The translations under genes and the position numbers were made by a program. From Macrostomum lignano (lineage: Eukaryota), in the NCBI GenBank assembly GCA_002269645.1, contig NIVC01000774.1:62001-126000 (forward strand): a stretch of 64,000 bases of DNA. Reading direction: 5' to 3'. Numbering within the stretch: the first letter of the stretch is position 1; every line of letters starts with the position of its first letter. The notes beneath the pieces were generated by a model. It did no database searches. It saw only the letters and a list, made by a program, of their open reading frames with translations, and had not been told where the DNA came from. Shown here in pieces: positions 54,660 through 64,000 of the stretch.

Positions 54660-55390
54660 TGGGTGCCACTGTGCACTATCCCACGGCAGGCACTTTAGTG
54701 CATGGGCTGGGTGCCACTATCCCACAGCAGGCACTTTGGTGCATGGGCTGGGTGCCACTATCCCACAGCAGGAACTTTGGTGCATGGGCTGGGTGCCACT
54801 ATCCCACAGCAGGCACTTTGGTGCACGGGCTGGGTGCCACTATCCCACAGCAGGCACTTTGGTGCACGGGCTGGGTGCCACTATCCCACAGCAGGCACTT
54901 TAGTGCATGGGCTGGGTGCCACTATCCCACAGCAGGCGCTTTGGTGAGCTGGGTGCCACTATCCCACTATACCACAGCAGGCACTTTGGTGCACGGGCTG
55001 GGTGCCACTATCCCACTATCCCTCAGCAGGCACTTTGGTGCATGGGCTGGGTGCCACTATCCCACAGCAGGCACTTTGGTGCACGGGCTGGGTGCCACTA
55101 TCCCACAGCAGGCACTTTGGTGCATGGGCTGGGTGCCACTATCCCACAGCAGGCGCTTTGGTAAGCTGGGTGCCACTATCCCACGGCAGGCACTTTGGTG
55201 CATGGGCTGGGTGCCACTATTCCACAGCAGGCACTTTAGTGCATGGGCTGGGTGCCACTATCCCACAGCAGGCGCTTTGGTGCACGGGCTGGGTGCCACT
55301 ATCCCTCAGCAGGCACTTTGGTACATGGGCTGGGTGCCACTATCCCACAGCAGTCACTTTGGTGCATGGGCTGGGTGCCACTATCCCATA
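54660..55390. repeat. 41-bp minisatellite CATGGGCTGGGTGCCACTATCCCACAGCAGGCACTTTGGTG
   Basis: Direct reading. Explains ORFs 54587-55470. Confidence 0.95.
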
Positions 55391-56038
55391 AGCTACAATA
55401 CAATGCTAGCAAACGAAGTAACCAAGGCAGCAGTATGAAGCGTGTTTCAAAGAAAATGACACTTTATTGAATGAAACAGAATAAGTAGAAAATAGTTGAT
55501 CGAGAGAAACTTATTCACAAGCAGCCTAAAACCATAAGATGAAAAGCAGCGCCTAAAATTGCTTTGCCGATAACACAAGAAATACATATAGTTGAAGATG
55601 CACTGAAAACTTCTGTTCTGATTCTTGTACGCATAATCATATGGCTAAATAAAAGGTCAATTGAATTGAAGCAAGCATGCACCGAACATACTACTTAAGG
55701 CACCTAACACCGGAGATATTAAAGAGAAAGCGAAGGTTATAAAGTAACTAATTAAATAAACAATATTTTAATATACGAATTAATCAAATGAGACGATATA
55801 CTATAGAGCATTAACTAATACTTATATTTGACTATAACATAGAGAAAGATTATTTACAATAGGATACAGATTAAACAGAAGGCCTAGATGATTAGAGGCC
55901 AATAATATTGAGACTAGATCTATCCTATCTACCATGCATTTTTAACACTAATAGGCTATACTAGATGGTAAGAAATATACTTATAGAATTTTGTCTGCCT
56001 AATAACTAAAATGAATAAACCCAATATTGTCTCTGCGT

Positions 56039-57135
56039 CTATTTGTCTCCGCCTTGACGAAGCTCCACCCGCTCGGGCGTGGTGGCCGACTCCAAGCGGC
56101 GGAAATCCTCGCGGCCAGAATGTAGACAATTAAAATTGCGTAGGCGCTGAGCACCAGGCCAAGGCAATTCGACAGCTTGGCAGCGTCAGGCAGCTTGGCA
56201 TAGTTGCCAGCGAAGAAATTCTTCTCTGTTAGGCCTAGCAGGCAGCTGGCCACGGAGCCAACAAATATGCCGGCGCCCCAGAACCTGCGGGGTTATTGGG
56301 CGTGGGGAAATGACAAGTTAGCGTTGCTTGAGTGGCACTGGGAGATGGGCATTGGTGGAGTGGCACTGGTAGATAAGCATTGGTGGAGTGGCACTGGGAG
56401 ATGGGCATTGGTGGAGTGGCACTGGTAGATAAGCATTGGTGGAGTGGCACTGGTAGATAAGCATTGGTGGAGTGGTACTGGTAGATAAGCATTGGTGGAG
56501 TGGTACTGGTAGATAAGCATTGGTGGAGTGGTACTGGTAGATAAGCATTGGAGTGGCACTGGTAAATAAGCACAGGTGGAGTGGCACTGGTAGATAAGCA
56601 TTGGTAGATGGTCAAGGAGTAGCACTAGACATAAGTAATAAATGGCATGAACATACCGATGCATACTGAGATAAGAGGCCCGCAGAGAATCCGACAATGT
56701 CGGGAATACGAACGCGACAAAAGCGATGACCCATTGCATGCAGAACAGGATGACAACCGCTAGGCCGATCCAAGAGTGCAGACTGTACATATTGGGTATA
56801 TTGTGGGTAGGCAGGTTGTGAAACTTAAACACAGCAACTAGGCCTACTATGCTGAACACGAGTGCCAGGATATGCAGAATTCCGTGCACACTCTTCAATA
56901 AAGGCTTGCGACTGTTGCGAAAGACGCGATAAACCAATGCGGAATTGGCGTACAAAAACACCATACCGATGACCATGAACAGCGGATGGTAGTTGAACAC
57001 TTTTTCATTGTTCCAGTCGAATCCGCCAAGGTACTTAGTTAGCCATACTGTTGTCATGACAACCGCGCTAGCGCCGGTGGTCAGAGCTACTAGGACCCAC
57101 ACAGTGAAGGACTTTAAAGAATTGTCACCAGCCAT
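56039..57135 (-). CDS. CYB561: Cytochrome b561 family ascorbate-dependent ferric reductase; exons 57135-56657 and 56284-~56039
   Basis: FNYHPLFM, KSVHGILH, VFKFH, NMYSLHSWIG and SMHR|FWG contain the heme-ligating histidines. Phase-2 intron CG|gtatgt..ccgcag|G. Symbol is family-level only. The C-terminus probably has a 1-nt frameshift at ~56113. Confidence 0.93.
56325..56610. repeat. 28-bp minisatellite TGGAGTGGCACTGGTAGATAAGCATTGG filling the cytochrome b561 intron 56285-56656
   Basis: Direct reading. Confidence 0.95.
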
Positions 57136-57267
57136 TGATTTGATGCGCGTTCTAATTGGCTGAAATGCAACATGATACAATAATCAACATTTAAACATTA
57201 GCAGTAATACACATGGTGCAGCTCACAGGAATTTCTATTGGTGCAGATATTAACTTTACTAATGTCG

Positions 57268-57600
57268 AGGGGCCGTAGCCCAGTGATCTATCGCGGCGCT
57301 CTTATATGCCAGCGGCCCAGGCTCGATTCCAAGTGCAGCCACATTAATTTGGGGCTAACCTGGAACTTTGAGGGCCAACCCCAAGGCACAGTGAAGTGTA
57401 CATGCCTAACGATAAATAAAGTTAAGGGCCGCTGTACACTCCTGTGTGAGTGTGTGCCTGTGTGTATATGACTGCCTACGTATCCGCGCGCTTGTGTGCC
57501 TGCTCAGGGGCGTCGATGGAAGAATGGGCAGTAATGCCTCTCGCCGGTTGACAGTCGCTAAAAGTGCGCCAGGGTGCACACAGCCCGTCCTATAATAATA
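57268..57600 (+). mobile_element. SINE family A, copy 3 (with tRNA head)
   Basis: Box A TAGCCCAGTG, box B GGCTCGATTCC, shared body. Confidence 0.85.
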
Positions 57601-58187
57601 TTAATTAACAGCTGCTGTCAGTCACCTTGTTACGAGTGACACGTTTTGCTAGATCATTTTTCACATGCACTGATGCAATTATCCAGAAGCACATGATTTT
57701 TGGTAGTTATACCGCAGACAGGCCGGGCTACTTGACCTTAGCTAGACGCTGGAAAGCCAAACAAGTACACAACAGAAACAGCAGGCAGCTACCTTATCTA
57801 GCTAACCTTCGCCTGCACTGAACTTATTCCATTGGCTTGTCTCCCAAAGCATTCCCAAGAAAGAATCTGTTTATGCAGCTAGCGGCATTAAGACAAAGTC
57901 TGGTGGCCTTAAGAAATCCTAGACCAGCTGCGCAGATCCGTGTCCCTGCAGTCAACTGTGCAGCGCAATACACACAGCGGACAGAGCCAGCAACTCCGGG
58001 CAGCAATTTTCACGCAAAGAAAAAAAAGCTAAAAAAATCTGTTTGGTCTCTCCTCTCTTTTTAGTAGCATTTTCCATTTTTATTGGCATCGCTAAATGCA
58101 ATGTGAGGTTGTGAATCAGCTACAATGAACATGCCGCGTTCCGTTACTAGAATGGTACAGATTTATTATTTTATAAAAAATCTAAAT

Positions 58188-58525
58188 CTATAGGCAGGGG
58201 CTGTGGACACGCTGGCGCACTTTAAGCGACATTGTCACACAACCGACGAGAGGCATTACTGCCCATTATTCCGCCGACTTCCCTGAGCAGGCACACAAGC
58301 GCGCGGATACGTACGTACGCAGTCATACGCACAGGCACACACTCACACAGGAGTGTACAGCGGCCCTTAACTTTATTTATCGTTAGGCATGTACACTTCA
58401 CTGTGCCTTGGGGGTTGGCCCTCAAGGGCATTAATTGCACGAGCAGAGCCAAGCCGAGATTCCAATTCAGCCCCAAACTGGACCACTGGCACATGAGAGC
58501 ACCGCGCTAGACCACTAGGCCATGA
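58188..58525 (-). mobile_element. SINE family A, copy 4
   Basis: Box A TGGCCTAGTGG on the minus strand; body is the reverse complement of copy 3. Confidence 0.85.
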
Positions 58526-58672
58526 AAGAGTAAAAATAAGATTTAAGGGCCTAGATACAAACCTGATGCCCCTACCAGACATGTAAAATAGGCTCTAGTA
58601 TAACAAAGCATATAGTATACAATTTAACATTTCATGCAAGCATCACCTGTGACCTGCAACTTTTCAACTGCG

Positions 58673-61182
58673 AGTGGACATTTAGCTGGACTGATTTCAT
58701 TTTGATTTATTGATTTGATTGAATGACTGAAAATTGACTTATTAAGTCTATGCATGCCTAAATTATTAAGACTTAAAGTACAAGAAATATACCATTAATC
58801 AAATCACAATAATGGCTTTCCTAGAAAGTCTTTCAAAATCTTTTATGGTTAGTAAACAGTCTATAACAGAGTCCTATAATGAAATAATTCATATCTTTCT
58901 CTTTGATATTCTCTTTGATTCATTTCTCTTTCTCTTTCTTTCTCTTTTTAACAATAGTTGGTTATATATTCTAAGTTAATAAAATAGAGACTGTTACTCT
59001 TATTTGCTATTATCTGAACATAGATCTTTGAAATACTATGATAAGCAAAGTATATGTGTATGTGTATGTGTATGTGTATTCTGACCCTGGCTAACTAGCA
59101 AAATATATATAAAATAGCTATTAATATAGCTCATTCAACTGCACTTAGGCTCTGCCTACACACAACCTGTGCACACTGAGTAGCCTACCATTGTTATGTA
59201 TTTGACTGCAGTGGCAAAGCAATATGGCTGATTTTCTTGCCCTATTATCAATAGGTGGAATTGTCTATACTATAGGCATTAGCACTAGTTTTAGACTATG
59301 TGTAAGGTCCCAAGTTTGAGTCTACCTGCCAAGGGACAATTAAAATTGAATTTATTCATTCATTTGTAGCTTGTACATTGAATAATTTGGACATTTTTTA
59401 TTTTAGCAAGGCATACTTAAAATGTTATTTTTGCTATTTGGCATAAGTCTACTAAGCAATTTTTTTTGTAAAAAATTGCCTTAAGTATTACTGATCCCAT
59501 CAATAGGTATTGCCTAGCTCTATGAAAGTATGAAATTACTAAACTACAAACAATGCTGCTAAATTATATTTACTGATACTGAGTATATTGCTAAATTTTA
59601 AGTTGTACAGTGTCAAAAATTGATTAGTGAGCTGTATTAAATGCTAAAAAAATTTGATTATTGAAAGGATCATTTCAGTTTGCTAAAGAGACTAAAGTGC
59701 TAGCCAAGAGGAGAACTACATACTGCTGAAAGGATAAATAAGAATTGTTAAAGGAATAGTTGTAATATACAAATAGAATGACTACAGGCTACTGAGGAGA
59801 ATCAAAGATTGTTAAAGGGATCATTGCAGACTGCAAAGGGGACAAATGACAAACTACTAAGGTAATTCCTCTGGACTTATAAGTGTATAGCTGCAAATTG
59901 CTAAGGGGGATAACTGCAGACTGCTTGGAGGATGATGGCAGACTTCTGAAAAGGATAACTAACTATTAAGTTTTGAGTGGGTAAAAACTGTGGAAGATTA
60001 AGTAGAGGTTGTTAAGGGGATTACTGCTTACTGTTACTGCCTAGTGAATTATTGTGGTTTGCTAAAGGGGGGAGTTTTAGGCTGCTAAAAGGATAAATGC
60101 TTAATAAACATTAAAAGTTTTAAAAAGTTGTAGACTATAGGCTGCTAAGAGTATGACTGTAGTCTGTTTTGTAGGATTAGAAGGAATAATTTCAGGTTGT
60201 TGTAGGATATCTTAAGAATTGCTGAGATGTCAAGATTTACTAGGGGAATTCCTTAGATGTCAAGGTTTAGTGGAGTTGCTGAGTTGTCAAGACTAATTGG
60301 AGGAATTACTGAGTTGTCAAGGCTAACTGGGAGAATTATTGAGATGTCAAGGCTTACTGGGGAAATTGCTAAGATTTTTTGCTATTGGAGGATGCTTGGG
60401 AGATATTGAAATCAAAATCTAAATAAGAAATTGAGAAAAAATGCTACAATTGAAACTTTTATGATAAAGGTTGCCATATATTTTTTTTGTATAGAATAAC
60501 CAATTGATGGAATTAAGGTAACAAGCCCTTTGGCTAGTTTTACTTCCTATTTTTAAAGTCATTTTATCTGCTAGCATACAAAAAAGTGGCAGAGAAAGTG
60601 ACAGTGTATCACCTAGACTCAACCTAAGGGGTAGTATAAGTAATATTAGCTTCTATGCTTTTTGGCACCCATGTTTTTGGTGCTTAGTATTTCAGTACCC
60701 TAGATTGCTTTTTGGTGTTCCAGTTTATAATATCTAAAGGCTTATGCACACTGCAATCAAATGAGGGACCAAATCATATGACTTGTTTAACCACATATTA
60801 TTTTTTAATTTTTTCCTAATTGCTTGAAATCTCAAATTTAGTGACAAAAGCTAATAATGCAAGGGCTAGTTGATCAACTAAAATGCTATACATTGGTTGC
60901 TTGCCTCTTACATAGTACCCCAAGTTGCATAACACACAAAACTCAACTCAAGCCACTCTATTTCAACAACTCTCCATTTGGTCCTTAGAAACTCTACAAT
61001 AGTAATCTAGCCCACTCAATGTTTGTCTTTTTTCAGCACTTTTCTCTTTTTTCTTCTCTTCTATTGTGTTCTCCACTTTTTTGATGAATTAGATTGAAGT
61101 TGTGAGACACAAATTACTACAAGTTCTTAATTCAAAATGAGCTCTTAGCTCTTTTATGTGCTTGTAAATTTTTCCTAGCATT
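58673..61182. other. CpG-free block (2.5 kb) containing degenerate repeats
   Basis: No CG dinucleotide found by manual reading between 58671-72 and 61183-84; GC dinucleotides remain frequent. Confidence 0.85.
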
Positions 61183-62930
61183 CGCTGGCTTCAAGCTTAT
61201 ACCTGTAATGCACAAATCCCTTCGCATATCTATAGGAATATTTTACAATTAATAAAATGCTTTATTAATCATCAGTGCCACAACACTCTCATCTTTTCTC
61301 TCTTTTTTCTCTCTTATTTTCTCTCTCCTTTCCTCTCTTTTTCCTCTTCTCCCTCTCCTCTTTTCTACTCTCTACCTAATTTATCTCTTTTTTCCTCTCA
61401 TCTTCTCTGTGCTCTATTATTCCCTTACCTTTCCTTTCCTATATCTCCTTTTTTATTCCCTCATCTCTAGGACTGTAGTCATGCTCTAAGTTCTCTATCT
61501 GGCCCTTAAGATAAAAAGTTTGCCAACTTATGACAAGTGAAATGAGCAAGCATGAAAAAACAGTATGCTTATTAATTGCCACTAGAACCCCTGGTAAACA
61601 AGGTGCAAGAAAATCTCATTTTATATAACCTTCAGCACCTTGATAATTAAATACTAGGAAAAAGGACAATTAGAAAATTGTACTATGCTTGGTTTTTATT
61701 AGCTTATGCCAGTTATGTCAATAAGAGTGCTAGCCTTTATACTTTAATATAGACTATACATTGGTATTGAATTCAGAGCACAAAATAGTTTTCTAAAATC
61801 TATTGAAAATATATACACAAAATTTAGGCTTAGTTTCAAATATATACGCACAATATTGCTTGTGCAATCAATAAGAAAACTTGCATCACCTTTTTTTAAA
61901 CCCTAGCCTAGTCATTCTCCTTAGTATCAGTTAGTTGATTGCAGTGTGAATGCTTGTAATCACTCATAAAGTCAATTGATGAATAGGTCTAATGGCATGA
62001 AAAACTGAAGTAATTGTCAAGGATTCATTAATCATCAAATCAAATTTTGTGTAATCAATTGAAAATTGGCCTCCTTTGATGGCAGTGTGAACAAGCCTTA
62101 AATAAAGTATTCATATAACAATATATTAAATTTTCTAAAAAACTTTTTATTTACCTGACAATATGGGATCTATTATGTTAAACTGGCATATTTTCTTAAT
62201 TTAATGACAACAAATTTTCTGTTACACCACTGGCAACTACTAACTAGATTTGCCTGATAAGTAGATGTTAAAAATATATACACAAAATAGTATCAACAGA
62301 CTTCTGTCTAGCTACACATTTTTTCGCTTTCCTTTTCATGTGACGTCTATTGACATTGACATTGTATAACGGCCTGACAATGTACATGATATACAAAAAA
62401 CTTCATTTTTTAAAAGGCTTGCTTGTGCCTTATGGCATGCTGTAATGGAAACCTAAGCCTTAATATGCATTCGCACAAGTTATTTTGATTCTTGAATCCG
62501 CTATACAAAATGAATTCAGTCAGGAAGCTGTGCCACCTAGTGAACTATTTAATCACCCAAAATCAGTGTAGGCCTACGCGTAAATGAGGAAAAATACTAG
62601 CACCAGTGTAGTGAGCAAGTACAAAGTCTTAAAATGCCTATTTACTACAATCATTACAATCGGCATTCGCAGTTTTCAATTATGTACAAATCGATCAAAT
62701 GTCATCTATTTCTTAGAATGTATCTTTTGAACATTTAAAAAGAAAAACAAAAATTTCACAGGAAGATCGAAAATATTGTTATTAGCCTGATAAGAGAATT
62801 ATTATTAAACAATAAAAATAAGACGCAGACCTAGAAGTTGACCTCTACACGGTTAGTTGTTTTAGAATTTTAGAACTTTAAGTAATAAAGGACACGGTAT
62901 GTACAGACAATATTTCAGTTTAATTAGAAA

Positions 62931-63103
62931 TAGGGGCGTAGCCAAGAGGGGGGACACCGGGGACATGTCTCCCTGGGGGAGATAATTTTTTACTGCTTTT
63001 GTATCTGCTTTTGGTTTCTACACGTCATTTAATAATGAGATGGATTGATGTCTCTCGATCTGTCCCAGCCACCTTGACGTGAATCCTGGCTACTACACGC
63101 CTA
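62931..63103. mobile_element. Short hAT-type MITE (173 bp) with 8-bp TSD ATTAGAAA
   Basis: Termini TAGGGGCGTAGCC ... GGCTACTACACGCCTA; ATTAGAAA at 62923-30 and 63104-11. Confidence 0.75.
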
Positions 63104-64000
63104 ATTAGAAAATGGTTGTTGCAACTAAAATTTAATTTTAACTAAGTCTAGTAAATTCCAACTAATTAAGCAGCTAAAAAACCTTTTAATCGCCCTATAT
63201 TTATGCCGAGTCAATCTACTTAAATGGCATATATATTTAATATGTACAAAATATCGAAAAAGATCAGTTATTTCCACAAAATCTCTATAAGTTGGCACAT
63301 AAAAATCCATATAAAAACTAATATAAAAAGGTATTTCCAATAGACTAAATATTCTTCCGATGGCTGCAACTAGTCAGAATAAGCTTTTCTTTCGATCCAA
63401 ACATTGGAAAAGTCGATACAATACATGTATGCGTGTTGAGTTTTCCGTAGTGTAATTCCGTAGTGTCAGCTTGATCCAAAAGCCAAGGAGTAATCAAGAT
63501 AAAATAAGATTTTTTCAACTTTTGAAAATGTACATACACTTATATGTAGTTATATATTTAGATACGTAGATTTCGAGTTATGCATTACGACTCTGATCTC
63601 TACGAACTAAAATTATGTACTCGTTAAACCTTTATTCGCAGTTTGAAATTTTAGAAAAAAGGATAATAAATTTACATGATGCATGTTTGACCACCATATC
63701 AGGATAGGGGTGCAATTTGGTACAAATATTTTCGCCAGACGGTTAGATTTCGCCTGTCGCTCATCTGCTGATCCATACGAATAGGTTTGGTGAATTTCGG
63801 GTAGGGAAGTTGAAAGCCTTCCTACTGTACTATGCAATTCTGTTTTTTACTGTATGAAACGGGTGGAAATCTGCGTTACGCTTTTGAGGATTTGCACCTC
63901 CGGTGTACGGACGGAATGCCAACAGACTTTTATTGTCCGCAGTCTCGTGCACATAGCTGCCGAAAAAAATAGCTGTTTGAAATGCAAATTGATTGCGATG

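Noticed and set aside
54587-55470. 283-aa repetitive ORF and its frame-shifted twins
   Set aside because: They are products of a 41-bp minisatellite cycling through all three frames.
57380-57450. SINE hairpin as a SECIS element or hammerhead ribozyme
   Set aside because: It lacks the AUGA/GA quartet geometry and the CUGAUGA...GAAA core.

Overview
Eukaryotic (animal) genomic DNA. It has spliced GC-rich exons full of polyQ/polyA/polyS tracts, several ~90-110 nt introns, minisatellite-filled introns, SINEs, MITEs and LINEs. The style resembles the flatworm Macrostomum (inference only). Genes: a 2-TM protein (-); a 2-exon CRAL-TRIO lipid-transfer protein (-); a reconstructed ~1,570-aa CARD + APPBP2/PAT1-like TPR + Asp/Lys/Ser-rich linker + unprenylated Rab-like GTPase fusion (+, 8454-22110); APC (-, 34887-23197); an unassigned acidic exon (-); and cytochrome b561 (-). 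Both large genes are interrupted inside exonic CAG/AGC microsatellites by RNase H-bearing non-LTR retrotransposons inserted in the host sense orientation. The full-length element is Ingi-like, with a candidate 5' HDV-like ribozyme, a 2A peptide, three PHD-like fingers, APE, RT and RNase H. Other highlights: a 2.5-kb block with no CpG, four inferred single-base frameshifts in G/C runs, two hAT-type MITEs with 8-bp TSDs, two tRNA-derived SINE families and about 12 unrelated tandem arrays. Homology calls come from motif recognition and remembered sequences; no search was run.
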